A stretch of DNA of 64,000 bases from Paraspadella gotoi (GCA_051294375.1 CM119270.1:4596152-4660151), one strand, 5' to 3'. Shown: positions 1 to 12,855, counted from the stretch's first letter. Notes: a model not told the origin generated them from the sequence alone. Made by a program: numbers and translations.

Positions 1-1672
1 TTTTTTTCCTTCTTCTTATGGTTCTTTTTTGTTTGTTTCGTGTGAGAGTGAAACGTAAATCAAACCTTTAAGTGTCGCGTGAATAAAGTGATTTGTCTTT
101 TTTTTTTTAGTGCGCGTGCGTATTTTAATTTTTGAAAAATATTTGCGATTGTATTTATATATTTTTATATATATCGTAGTTTTATTTATTCTTTTTTCCC
201 CTTTTCACTGGTTTTCACTGCATTTTGCGACAGTTTAATCCGCCCTTGTTGCTTTAGATGTTTTTTATTTTCCTTTTTTTATTTTTTTGTCGTTTCGTCG
301 ATGATTCGAAGAAATTTTGTTGTTCCAAAATTGTTTTTATAAATAACTTTGAACCTTAATTAATAACCGTTTTGTTATATAAACAAACTTTCTTCGAGCC
401 TTACCCGATAAACGTTTGTTGAATCAATTCCTTTACCTATTGATCGCTTGATTTCTTCAGTCCTTTATTCATTAATAAATAATAATAAATTCGCTCGCAC
501 GCTTACTACGTCAGAGATAAATGTTGACCCGCTCCCTACCTTTTGCACACGAAAGCATTTTTTGAGTGTGAGATGACGATAAATTATAAAAATTAAACCA
601 CTATGACTCAACTAATATCGAGTTATGAGCAAGAAATAAATTAGTGTGAATAATGTTTCCTTCTTTGTCATAAGGACGCTCAAGAGGTAAGAAACGCTTT
701 TTTTCAATTTACACGATTTAGTGCATACCACTCTATCTCAACCTTCTCTCTCTTTCTACCTCGCTGTGTACTGTGCCATAGGCGATTTTTTTTTACATGT
801 CATAATTCATAAACCGCACTTTATAATTTTTTTTAACTCAGTTTTAGTAATGTAATAATATTACTTGAATTCATTGATATTCTTTGAAGAAATCCACGTT
901 TTTTTCGCGTTTTGTCTAAATTTACTTTTTTCCTGTCAACTTGTGTAAGTTTGTTTTTTGTTTAGTCGATTTAATAAACTAAGACAAGATTTATTACATC
1001 CTTTTCATATATAAATTAAGATATTTAAAAACTTCCCCGAAAACATTAAAGTTCATATCTAAAACAAGTAAACATTTGCTTGCGCTATTAGAACGATCAG
1101 AATGGTGTAGTATTCACGAATAATGTATTTTAATATTCTTCGCTATTACTTTTGATTCAATTACAAAATGTTAAATAAAATCTATTTCGTGGCTGAAAAT
1201 ATTCAAGATAGCTTTACCTAACGTTTAGAACTCCACGGAAGGTATACCACACCACGCTTAAACAGAACAATTTTTTTAAAAGAAATGGTGAAAAAAAACC
1301 CTGTGTTTCTCTGCACTCGATGCATGAGTCCCCCCCAAAAAAAAATTTAATAATAATAAAAAAAACAATTAATTTTGATTGAATCTAAACCGTGTCGCGC
1401 TAACATTACTCTCAACTGAATTTAACAATATTCAATTTCCACAAAAAAAAATATTAAGGCTAATATTTAACGCGATTCAACTTTTGCTAAATTGTGATGG
1501 ATCAACGAAAAGATGATTGGCTGGAATTTGAATTGAACCAAGATGATTGGCTGAAAATTAATTGGAACCAATATGATGAAGTGCTTGATATTCTTTTAAT
1601 GGCTTTTGAAATAGTGGCTTGTGTTATGCCTTGTGATAGGACCCGTAATCTGTGGGAACAAATGGTAAAATG

Positions 1673-1753
1673 AAGAAGAAGAAGAAGAAGAAGAAGAAGA
1701 AGAAGAAGAAGAAGAAGAAGAAGAAGAAGAAGAAGAAGAAGAAGAAGAAGAAG
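1673..1753. repeat. (GAA)n microsatellite
   Basis: Perfect GAA run seen directly. Confidence 0.98.
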
Positions 1754-2055
1754 ACAAGTGGTCGAGTGTTCAAGCGATCAAGTAACATCACGTGACCTCA
1801 ATCCATCTGTCCATCCATCCATCCATCTTTCTTCATCCTTCTCTTCTTTTTCTTTCCCTCACATTTTTCTCCTCCTTAAAAATCTTACCTTAAAATTCAC
1901 TTGACCTTACTTTCCTTTACTACATTAAAAGCGACTTGCAAATTTCACATTTGATTTCACTTATTTCCCAATTTTCCTTTTTTTTTCCCCGACTCCGCCC
2001 AACCGCTCCCACCTGGCCCCACCCGCTTTCTCCCGCCAAAAACTGCTGCACATTT

Positions 2056-2056
<1 letters not shown>

Positions 2057-2140
<84 letters not shown>
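2057..2140. repeat. (CT)n microsatellite
   Basis: Perfect CT run. Similar CT/AG runs lie at about 3112-3151, 3836-3880, 22890-22985, 57205-57390 and 61960-62027. Confidence 0.98.
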
Positions 2141-2148
<8 letters not shown>

Positions 2149-2193
2149 ACCCCCAACACCCCGCCTCCCACTCCCCCCCAAACCCCACCCTAG

Positions 2194-2406
2194 ATCCGTG
2201 AACTACAAAAAACAACACCGTGCTGGCTGTTTCGGAAGCAAGCAGGAGGATCATCGCGCAACGAGCATCACGGCCGCGCGGCGGCGGCCCCGTCGACCAT
2301 TCGCCGCGCTCGTGAGCGGAGCAGCGGAGACGGGATGCGCCGCAGACCAAAGGCGCGAGGGACATCCTTGGCCATGTTGGATCCGGTTGCCAAGATCCGT
2401 CGGTGA
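2194..2406 (+). CDS. Putative terminal coding exon of an unidentified gene starting upstream
   Basis: GC-rich island after a C-rich tract ending CCCTAG (acceptor at 2193). Phase 0 reads IRELQKTTPCWLFRK...MLDPVAKIRR*. A second frame is also open, so the frame is uncertain. Confidence 0.4.
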   Translation: MRELQKTTPCWLFRKQAGGSSRNEHHGRAAAAPSTIRRARERSSGDGMRRRPKARGTSLAMLDPVAKIRR

Positions 2407-3107
2407 TCGGCCGGCCGGGACGCCGACCGGGCAGAAGTGGAGTTGGGGAGGGGGGGAGGGTCCGGGTGGGGATTTTCGACGTTTTCCTTGTTAATTTATA
2501 TATGTATATCAAATATTTTGATTCGATATCGCTATCTGTTTATATATTCATACGCTAATTTTAAGCCATACGATAACAAGGCACTATTATTTATTATCTA
2601 CTGCGCTTTACTCTATTTTCTGAACTTTAATTTAATTTATTCACCGTCACTGAAAATCGAATTAAATTGCTCTTAAAACGACGTCGACTACAACCACATA
2701 AAATTAATGTCATCGTAATTCGTAATTGAGTCGCCTTCGCTGTTTGCGGGAGTGGAGAATTTTAAATCCAATATTATATACGATTAATTAAAAATAAAAA
2801 TTAATAAAATTGGAAAATAAAGATATAAATAACTAATTCCACGGCCCCAATGAGTAGATGGAAACATCTAATCACGTGACTTAACCCGAGGGTATCGTTG
2901 TTTCCTGAACCAGCGACCCTCGTTTGACCAGAGCAAATTCCTCCCATCGGACCGGACCTCCTAATTTGCCGAACCTGCCTTTTCCGGTTCTCAGATGGTC
3001 GCGTCATAAAAACGGCGACATCAACGTAATGGAATTTCGCGTTGTTGTTGTTATTATTTCTTCCTCGTCGCTGTTTTGGAGAAAATTCGTCATTCTTCTT
3101 TGTAAAC

Positions 3108-3154
<47 letters not shown>

Positions 3155-3831
3155 AAACATCTCCATTCTCCATATGGTGGAAGACGATTGAAGACAGAGG
3201 AACGACTTCAAGAGAAAAAGAAAAAAGAGCGAATAAAAAAGGAGAAAAAAAGAAAAAAAGAAAAGAGACTAAGCGGATTAAAGAGTCTTTTTGAGATAGA
3301 GAGGAAAAAAAAGTGTTTTTGTTGACCCCGGGATGGCGAGCTGAGGAAGAGCTCGTCTTTTTAGAAATCGGGAAACATGGATAAAAAATACAGTAAAGGC
3401 TAAATTAAGCTTTTAAAATAAGACCATGAGAAGTAAAAGGAAATCTCTCCTTTTTTTTCTTCGCTCCTCTTCCTCCGCCTCCTCCTCCTCCTCCTCTATC
3501 TCTTATTTTTTTCTTTACTATGAAATTAGTACAATCAATATAAAAATAAATTCATTTATTCAATAAACAAACTATTTTGCCGCTGACTTTAGCCTCTGGT
3601 GGCTTAAGGCCTCTATCCCTCTTTTATGATAATAAAACTGTAATATCTCTCAATCTAGTTTGGCTTGATATATTTTCTTATATATCCTTACATCCAATAA
3701 AATTTTTAACTCTTTCAATTGGATAAAAGGACCTTCTCTCTTGACAATATTCAGCTTTTTACTCCTTCTCTATCTTTTTTCCACTCTCTCTCTTTTCTAT
3801 CACTCTCTCTCTCCTTTCATCACTCTCTCTC

Positions 3832-3888
<57 letters not shown>

Positions 3889-4711
3889 TTCTCTGCTCTC
3901 TCTGATCTCTCATATCTTCTTCCACGTGATTTCCTCTTCCATCCGTTAGACAAAGAAAATCGATCGAGTGATATTTTCTCGTAAATATTTTATTGGGCGA
4001 CAAACTTCAGAGAATGTGGGTTCTTTAACCTTTTCTTGTTTCCATTCTCGTTGTGTATTTAACTAATATCTGTGATTTCTCTACTTCTTTTTTTTTAAAT
4101 TTTATTTCTCTAACTTCTCTTGTTCTTCAATTGAAGTAACATCCCTTACGTCTATAACAGAAATATTTATATTAAAAGAAAAACAACAATTCGCTCATCA
4201 AATTGTATTCGTTTTATTTTTATGCGAAAGATTGATAATTCAAACCAAGCATTTGTTTTTATTATGATGCTACCAACTACACCGATTCAGGTAAAATTGA
4301 ATTTACATTAATTCTATTTGGGCTGTACTACATGTTCGATTACATAAGTAAATAAAGTCGTTACAAATACGTTCTTATTTCATCATACAAAACATATGGC
4401 ATAAATTTATTAAAAATCAAATAATTTATACAAAATATCTTATGTTTTTTCCCCTTCGTCTAAATTTTTCTCTGCGTTAGTCGGTATTACTGCCTAAAGC
4501 AAAGAAAGGCATTCTTTAAGCTCACGTCGTGAAGTCCAGACAAAAAAAATATTTAAAAAAAAAAAAAAGATTTGTTTCGTTTTTCCCAAAAAAAAGCTAA
4601 TATCATAATTCGTGGAAAACAGAAAACAAAAACAAAAGACTATTTTTTTTCTGGAAGTCAAAATCTTCTCGAGCCAGCCGTAAAAGCTGTAAAAAAAAAT
4701 AAAAAGAGAAA

Positions 4712-4712
<1 letters not shown>

Positions 4713-4748
<36 letters not shown>

Positions 4749-4787
4749 TTAATAATATTAATAATAATATTAATAATAATAATTATA
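4713..4787. repeat. (AAT)n microsatellite
   Basis: AAT run. A longer perfect one is at 56463-56553. Confidence 0.95.
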
Positions 4788-4834
4788 ACAAAAAAACGAA
4801 ATTTACCTCCTGGCAGTATCAAACGCTTCTCGAA

Positions 4835-5200
4835 CTACGAGCGACGTCTGTAGAACATTCGCGGCCGGGGCGTGGTCGTCCGCGGTGGGTGCGGTGGGTG
4901 CGGTGGGTGCGTGTGGTTGTGGTGTCCGTGGTGTCCGTGGTGTCCGTGATGTCCGTGATGTCCGTGATGACCGGGCGGTCCGTGTTGATGACGATGATGA
5001 CAACGATGAATGACGAACCCGACGGGGACGGCGATGAGGACGAGGATGATGAAGATCATCACGAACGCCATCTTCCGGCGACGACGCGGTTTCTCCACCA
5101 CGATCACCGGCGCCGGAAATTCGGGCGTCGCCGGCGCCGCTTCCTCGACCGGCGCCTTCTCCGCCGCCTTTTTGTCGGCGGGGATTGTGATGATGGTCAT
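4835..5200 (-). CDS. Small His-rich single-pass (type II) membrane protein, 121 aa; possibly the first exon of a longer gene
   Basis: ATG-initiated GC-rich ORF. Charged N-terminus, then RRRRK, a hydrophobic helix MAFVMIFIILVLIAVPVGFVI, then (GHH)x6 and HPP repeats. An AG|GTAAAT donor-like site follows at ~4808. Confidence 0.75.
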   Translation of the reverse strand: MTIITIPADKKAAEKAPVEEAAPATPEFPAPVIVVEKPRRRRKMAFVMIFIILVLIAVPVGFVIHRCHHRHQHGPPGHHGHHGHHGHHGHHGHHNHTHPPHPPHPPRTTTPRPRMFYRRRS

Positions 5201-6226
5201 TGTGAAAGAGTGGCGAGAAAAAAGACAAGAAAGTTGGTGTTTTCTCAGGTTTTTCTCAATAAACGAAATTCAATTCTTTTTACGCATCAAAAGTTTTGTT
5301 CAAAAGACCTGTTTTTTTTTTCGGCTCAGAAGCTGCTGCTTCCGTCGCCGCGTCTGTCGACTTCGTCCTGCTGCTCCCTGCGGCGTTAAGCCCGGTGCAA
5401 CATTTAAAAAAACTGAATTGTTCAATTTGTCACAATACTGCTTCATAAGACTTCTTACCCTAATAATCCCTTACCCTAACATCAAACCCTAATAACTAAC
5501 TCTAATGGCGCTTTTGGAAAATAGGGCCCCGATTTTTTTACCCTTTCCTTTCAAATTATCCGCCTGTAGCGGCAGCAATTTATAAGTTGGCAGCGCCGTC
5601 ACATGCAGTTCCTTTTTGATCATAAGACAATGAGTAAATTTAAATTCGAATGAAAGAAAACCGGTTGTCAAAATATTCAGACTGCCGACGACAAAGACGA
5701 CGATGACGACGACGACCACTGAAAATAGTTGTCCAATTTTTATGTCAAAGGGGCATTAAGTTAAAGAAAGAAAGTTCGTTCTTATAATTTATAAGATTAT
5801 GAGATAAAAGATAAGACACGAAAAGAAAGAATGAGTGGATTTTTATGTTGTTTTTTTTTTTTCAGTTTTAATGAGACTTAATCCAATAGTATTTCGGTTA
5901 GATGTAGTTTCGCCGACTCTTTTAAATGCTAAGGTCTCCTTGGTTAGAAAGTGACATAAAATCATATTAAAAATTTATTGAGCAAAACAGTTTCTTATTC
6001 TTATCTTATTTTCATTCTCATCTCATCTTCATTCTCATCTCATTCTCATATCATTATCATCTCTACTTCATTCTCATCTCATTCACATTCTAATTCTCTT
6101 CTCATTTTGTCTCCTTTTTCCCTTTCCTATCTCAACGGTGTCCGCCATAAAATATGCTCCTCTATAATTTATTCTTTTTGAACTCAAGTTGTCACTTCCT
6201 TNNNNNNNNNNNNNNNNNNNNNNNNN

Positions 6227-8603
6227 ACCAAAAGCAGAGATCCCACCTTCATCGATTAGAACTGACACGACGTGACAAACGTGTTCTTGATTTCCCCCCA
6301 ACCCTTATCGATGACTGACCATTGTGTGACCCAATGAGTAACTGACCACGACGTCGTTTCTTGATTTCCCCCCAACACTTCATTTCTGAACTGACCCGAT
6401 TATTGATCGCCCCACCTGATTAGCTGACACGATGTCGTTCTTTGATTTCCCCCCCAACCGTTCTCGATTAGAAACTGACCACTGACGTCGTTCTTAGATT
6501 TCCCCCCAACCCTTCAGTCGATTACGAACTGACCACGACGTCGTTCTTGATTTCCCCCCAATCTTTCATCGATTTGAACGACCACGACTGTCGTTCTTGG
6601 ATTCCCGCCCAACCCCTTCTCGATTAGAACTTTGACCACGACGTCGTCTTATGTTTCCCCCCAACCTCACTCGATTTTGAACTGACCACGACGTTCTTCT
6701 TGTTTCCCCCCTCACCCTTATACCGATTAGAACTGACCTTACGAGTCAGTTCTTGATTTCCCCCCAACTTCCTCGATTAGATGACCACGGAAATGCTCGT
6801 TCTTGATTTCCCCCCAACCCCCGTTCACTCGATTTAGAACTGACCACGACGTCGTTCTGATTTCCCCCCACCTCATTTCATCGATTAGACGACCACGCCC
6901 CCCCACGTGCGTTCTTGATTTCCCCCCCAACCTTCTTCGATTAGAACTGACCACGAGTGTTCTTGATTCCCCCCAACTTCATCGATTTGAACTGACAACG
7001 GATGTCGTTCTGATTCCCCCCCAACCCTTCTCGATTGAACTGACCACGATCGTCCTTCGTTGATTTCCCCCCTACACTTCCTTCGATTAGAACTTGACCA
7101 CATCGTCGTCTTGATTTCCCCCCCAACCCTTCCTCGATTAGAACTGACCACGACGTCGTCTTGATTTCCCTCCCCCAACCCTTCACTCATAGAACTGACC
7201 ACCGACGTCGTCTTTGATTTCCCGCCAATCTTTCCTCGATTAGAACTGACCACGACTGTCGTTTCCCCCCTTCGATTAATTGCACGACGCTCTACGCCTC
7301 ACCCTCTCTTGAATTACACGACGTGTCGTATCCCCCAACAACGATTGTACGTCTCTCGTTTCTTGCATTTCCCCCCATCACTAACTGGCGTCGTTCTGAT
7401 TCCCCCATCAGCATAGACCTGACCAACGACGTCGTTCTTGATTCACTTCCAAGACGACCACGACTTTGACCCCAACCTATTTAATCCGAGTTTCTTTCCA
7501 ACTCTTTCACGATTGAATGAACACGACGTCGTTCTTGATTTCCCCCAAACCCTTCATCGGATTGAACTGACCAGAATGGTCTTCTTGATTTCCCCCCCTC
7601 CGAATCCGCTTCCTATCGAATTAGAACTGACCACGATGTTCGTTTCTTGATTCTCCCCCCAACCCTTCCTCGATTAGACTGACACGCGTCGTCTCTTAGC
7701 TTATCCTTCCCCCCAACCCTTCATCGATTAGAACTGACCACGACGTCGCATTCCCCCCTCATCGATTTAGCTACCGATTGTTCGATTTTCCCCCAACCCT
7801 CCTCGATTAAGAACTGACCCGACGTCGTCTCTTAGATTTCCCCCAACGCCTTCTCGATATAGAAGCTGACTCACGACGTCGTTTCTTGATTCCCCCCAAT
7901 CTTCAATCGATTATGAACTGACCACGATGTCGTTCTTGATGCCCGCCCTCAACCCTTCCTCGATTAAGAACTGAGACACGTATGTCGATTCTTGATTTTC
8001 CCCCCAACCCTTGCTAATCGATTAGAAGCTGACCACGACTGTCTTCTTGATTTCCCCCCCTACCCTTCCTCGATTTAGAATGACCACGAATGTCGTTCTT
8101 GATTTCCCCCCCAACCCTTCCTGATTAGAACTGACCACGATGTCGTTCTGATTTCCCCCCCAACCCTTCCTCGATTAGAAACTGACCACGATCGTTGTTC
8201 TTGATTCCCCCCCAACCCTTCCTCGATTAGAACTGACCACGACGGTCGTTCTTGATTTCCCCAACCCTTCATCGATTTGAACTGACCACGATGTCATTCT
8301 TGATTTCCCCCAACCCTTCTCGATTAGAACTGACCACGACGTCGTTCTTGATTTCCCCCCTCAACCTTCATCGATTAGAACTGACCACGACGTCGTTTTG
8401 ATTTCCCCCCAACCCTTCCTCGATTAGAACTGACCACGACGTCGTTCTTGATTTCCCCCCAACCCTTCCTCGATTAGAACTGACCACGAACGTCGTTCTT
8501 GATTTCCCCCCAACCCTTCCTCGATTAGAACTGACCACGGACGTCGTTCTTGATTTTCCTCGCGCTGCGAATCGTGACTTTTGATCTTTTCCTCGTCGTC
8601 GTC
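6227..8603 (-). repeat. Left arm of giant palindrome: tandem array of ~50-bp units
   Basis: Unit GATTAGAACTGACCACGACGTCGTTCTTGATTTCCCCCCAACCCTTCCTC, period 50 (e.g. 8422 to 8472), about 45 copies. It ends in ~52 bp of non-array sequence (8552-8603) that is also inverted in the right arm. Confidence 0.97.
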
Positions 8604-8753
8604 GGCGTCTCGTCGGCGGGTGAGTCCAGCTGCAGCACCTTCTCCTTCAACTCTCTCGTGTCGAAAGGATCGAAGTCGGAGAGCGCGGGGCATCTGGAGG
8701 GGCAGGACGTTGGGAAGGGGTGGGGTGGGCAGGATGGGTGGGTTTAAAAGTGG
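8604..8753 (-). other. Unique 150-bp loop of the palindrome; contains a 3' splice site and the 5' half of an exon
   Basis: The minus strand reads C-rich tract ...CCCCTCCAG|ATGCCCCGCG..., with a frame encoding PALSDFDPFDTRELKEKVLQLDSPAD (DPF motif). Confidence 0.65.
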
Positions 8754-11700
8754 GACGACGACGAGGAAAAGATCAAAGTCACGATTCGCAGCGCGAGGAA
8801 AATCAAGAACGACGTCGTGGTCAGTTCTAATCGAGGAAGGGTTGGGGGGAAATCAAGAACGACGTCGTGTCAGTTCAATCGATGAGATTGGGGGGAAATC
8901 AAGACGACGTCGTGGCAGCTCTCTAATCGAGGAAGGGTTGGGGGGGAAATCAAAAACGACGTCGTGGTCAGTTCTAATCAAGGAGGGTGACGAGGGGGGA
9001 AATAAGAACGACGTCTGGTCAGTTCCGAATCGAGGAAGGGTTGGGGGGCTGAATCAAGAGACGACATCGTCGTCAGTTCAGAATCGCTGAACAGATTGGG
9101 GGGGGAATCAAGAAGCACGTCGCGTTCAGGTTCTAATCAAGGAAGGTTGGGGGGGAATCAAGAACAACATCGTGGTCAGTTTTCTAATCCGTAGAAGGGG
9201 TGAGGGGGGAAATACAGAAAAGCGACATAAGTGGTCAGTTCTAATCGATGAAGGGTTGGGGGGGAAATTTAAGAACGACGTTCGTGGTCAGTCTAAGCAT
9301 CGAGGAAGGGTTGGGGGGGAAATGCAACGAACGACGTCGTGGTCAGCTTTCTAATTCGAGGGAAGGGTTGGGGGGAAATCAGAATGACGATACGTGGTCA
9401 GGTTCTATATTGATGAACGGGTTGAGGGGGGGAATCAAAGAACGAATCGTGGTCAAAGTTCTAATCGATGAAGGTGAGGGGGGAAATCAAGAAAGACATA
9501 ACGTGAGTCAGTTCTATAATCGATGGGGGTTAGGGGGGGAAATCAGAGAACGACGTGTGGTCAGTTCTAATCGAGGGAGGGTTGGGGGGGGAAAAATCTG
9601 GGTAGCACATGCATGAAGAGGGAAAACAACGTCGTGGTCAGTTCTAATCGGAGGGTGGGGAAATAAGCGGTAAGTGTCAGTTTAATCGGGAAGGGTTGGG
9701 GGAATCAAGAAACGACATCGTGGTCAGTTCTAATCAGGAAGGGTGAGGGGGGGAAATCAAGAATGACCATCGTGGTCAGTTCAAATCCGATGAGGGTTGG
9801 GGGGAAATCAAGAACGACGATCGTGGTACAGTTCTAATCGATTGAAGGAGTTGGGGGAACAATAAGACACGTGGGTCATTCAAATCGATGAAGGGTTGGG
9901 GCAAATCAAAGAACGACCGTCGTGGTCAGTACTAATCGAGGAAGGGTTGGGGCGGGAATCAAGAACGACGTCGTGGTCAGTCTATCGATGAAGGGTTGGG
10001 GGGGAATCAAGAACGACTCGTGGGTCATGTTCTAATCAAGTGAAGGAGTTTGGGGGGGAAATCAAAGAAGACATCGTGCACGTCGAGAAGGTGGCGAAAC
10101 AGATACTGTGTACATCAAATCGATTGAATGGGTTTGGGGGGAAAATACAACGAACGACGTCGTGTGTATTCTTAATCGATGAGGGTTGGGGCGGAAATCA
10201 AGAACGACGTGTCGTTCAAAGTAGTGGGGAACAAACGACGTGTGCAGTTAATCGTGAAGGGTTGGGGGAATCTAAGAACGACGTCGTGGTCAGTTCTAAT
10301 CGATGAAGAGATTGGGGGAAATCAAAGAACGACGTCGTGGTCAGTTTCTAATCGAGTGAGGGTTGGGGGGAAGGAAATCAAGACGACGCGTGGTCAGTTC
10401 TAATCGATGAAGGGTTGGGGGGGATAATCAAGAACGACGATCGTGGTCAGTTCTTAATCGATGAAGGATCGGGTGAGGGGGGAAATCAAGAATGGACTAA
10501 TTTGGTCAGTTCAATCGATGAAGGGTTGGGGGGAATCAAGAACGACGTCGTGTGTCAGTTCTAAATCGATGAAAGTTGGGGGGAAATCAAGAACGACGTC
10601 GTGGTCAGTTCTATCGAAGAAGGGTTGGGGGAGGAAATTCAAGAACGACACCGGGGGGCTGTGTCGTTTTAATCAGAGAAGGGTGGGGGGCGAAATCAAG
10701 AACGACTCGTGGTCAGTTCTAAATCGAGTGAAACGGGATTGTGGGGGGAAATCAAGAACGACGTTCCGGGTAGTTCTATCGATGAAGAGTTGGGGGAGGA
10801 AACAAGAACGACGTCGCTGGTCAGTTCTAACTCGAGGATAGGGTTGGGGTGGAAACAAGAACGAACGTCGTTGGTCAAGTTCTAATCGAGGTGAAGGTTG
10901 GGGGGAAATCACAGACGAACGTCGTGGTCAGTTCTAATCGAGGAGGGGTTGGGCGGGGAATCAAGAAGACTCCGGGTCAGTTCAAATCGATGAAGGAGAT
11001 TGGGGGGGAATCAAGAACGACGTCGTGCGTCAGTTCGTAATCGGCTGAAGGTTGGGGGGAAATCAAGAACGACGTAGTGGTCAGTCTCTAATCGAGGAAA
11101 CGGATTGGGGGGAAATCAGAACGACATCGTGGTCAGTTCTAATCGATGGAAGGGTGAGGGGGGAAAATCAAGAACGACATCGTGGTCATTCTAGATCGAT
11201 GAAGGTTGGGGGGAAATCAAGAAACGACTTCGTAGTCAGTTCAATCGATTAGATGAGAAGTGGGGAAATCAAAAGACAATCGCTGGCGTCAGTTCAAAAA
11301 TTCGATGTAAGGGTTGGGGGGAAATCAAAGAACGTTTGTCACGTCTGTGGTCAGTTCTAATCAGGAAGGGTTGAGGGGGAAAATCAAGAACGAATCGTGG
11401 TCGTTCAAATCGATGAATGGTTGGGGGGAAATTCAGAACGCTGTAGTTCGAATCGAGGGTTGCGGAATCAGAAGCTGGTCAGTTCTAATCGAAGAAGGGT
11501 GGGGGGGAAATCTAAGAACGCGTCGTGGTCAGCTTTTAATCGATGAAGGTTGGGGGGGAAATAAGAACGAGTGTGGTCAGTTCTAATCGATGAAGGGTTG
11601 GGGGGAAATCAAGAACGACGTCGTGGGTCAGTTCTAATCGAGAAGGTTGGGGGGAAATCCAAGAACGCATCCGTGGTCAGTTCTAATCAACGGAAGGGTG

Positions 11701-12245
11701 AGGGGGGGGGAAATTCAGAATGACATCGATGTCAGTCTCTAACGATAAGGTTCTGGGGGGAATCCAGAACGAAACACGTCTCGTGGTCTAGTTCTAATCG
11801 ATGAAGGGTTGGGGGAAGATCAAGAAGTACGTTCGTGGTCATTTCTAATCGAGGAAGGGTTGGGAGGGGGAAATGAAACGAGAACGAGACATCGTGGTCA
11901 AAGCTTCTAATCAAGGAAGGGTGAGGGGGGAAATCAAGAAATGACAATTCGTGGTCAGGTGTCTAATCGTGAAGGGTTGGGGGGGAAATCAAGAACGACA
12001 TTCGTGGTCCAGTTCAATCGATGAAAGATTGGGGGGAAATCAAGAACAAAACGTCGTGGTCAGTACTAATCGTGAAAGGGTTGGGGGCGAAATAAAGAAC
12101 GAAGGCGGGCTTGACGTCAATGGCGTTCTCATCAAGGAAGGGTGAGGGGGGGGAAATCAAAGAATGACATCGTGGGCATTCAAATGATGAAGGGTTGGGT
12201 GGGGAAATCAACGAACGACGTCGTTGCAGTTTTCTAATCGACGGG
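8754..12245 (+). repeat. Right arm of giant palindrome: exon 3' half (8754-8819) followed by a tandem array of ~50-bp donor-containing units
   Basis: 8754-8819 encodes DDDEEKIKVTIRSARKIKNDVV, then GTCAGT. The unit GTCAGTTCTAATCGAGGAAGGGTTGGGGGGAAATCAAGAACGACGTCGTG repeats about 65-70 times with many indels. It is the reverse complement of the left arm. Confidence 0.97.
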
Positions 12246-12780
12246 AAGGGGAGTGAATCGAGTGTTGTAGAAAATTTGGTCGTGTGGAATGCTTGGCTTT
12301 GGATTTTCACAGAGTTGCTGCATCGTGCTGGTTGTGGGTATTTTGAGTCTTGTCTTGGCTTTGTTTGTCGTTATAAACCAGTGCTTGCAACGAATTTGTT
12401 TCGTGAAATGCTTGGTATTGTTTTGTCTTATTTGTTGTGTTTCGTTTTGTCATGGAACGCCTTCGATGCTGTTTGATGCTCAAGTGGAAGTTGTTGTTGT
12501 TGTTTTTGTTGTTATGGTGTTTTGGCAATTTCGAGTAGAGAAGACGAGACGTAAACTTTCAAAACACATGACGACAGCCTGGCTGACAAACTTGCAGACA
12601 GCCTGTTAGACTTACAGACAGTCCTCTGTTTTATTTATTTGTATATTTATTATTCATTTACCTTTTCCGCTTTCTCAGTTTTTCCTCTCGTTTTATTTTT
12701 GGCAAAAGGAAAAAAAACCGAATTCTCCCGGCGGCCATAATAAAATAAACAAGACTCCGCAGTGCCGTGGGGTTTGAATC

Positions 12781-12855
12781 GGAACCGAAGTGGCCCAAGT
12801 GGCGGCGTCGTTGCCTTCTGACGTGAAAGTCTCGTGTTCGAGACCAGATGGTCCA
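12781..12855 (+). mobile_element. tRNA-like sequence (tRNA pseudogene or SINE head)
   Basis: A-box-like TGGCCCAAGTGG and B-box GTTCGAGAC. The ends GGAACCG.../...TGGTCCA pair imperfectly, and CTTCTGA resembles an anticodon loop. The 3' part recurs after the gap at 13080-13159. Confidence 0.5.

Noticed and set aside
1936-4003. ORFs with ERERER/LSLSLS runs (also 56884-57471 and 61823-62038)
   Set aside because: Translations of microsatellites.
8604-8753. Sequencing hairpin adapter or Foldback transposase in the palindrome loop
   Set aside because: The loop looks like genomic intron/exon sequence, not adapter. No transposase ORF or target-site duplication is visible, and the left end is hidden by a gap.
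6227-12245. CRISPR array, or proteins from the many WSVLIEEGLGGNQERR ORFs
   Set aside because: Units are contiguous with no unique spacers, there are no cas genes, the context is eukaryotic, and the ORFs are translations of the repeat.
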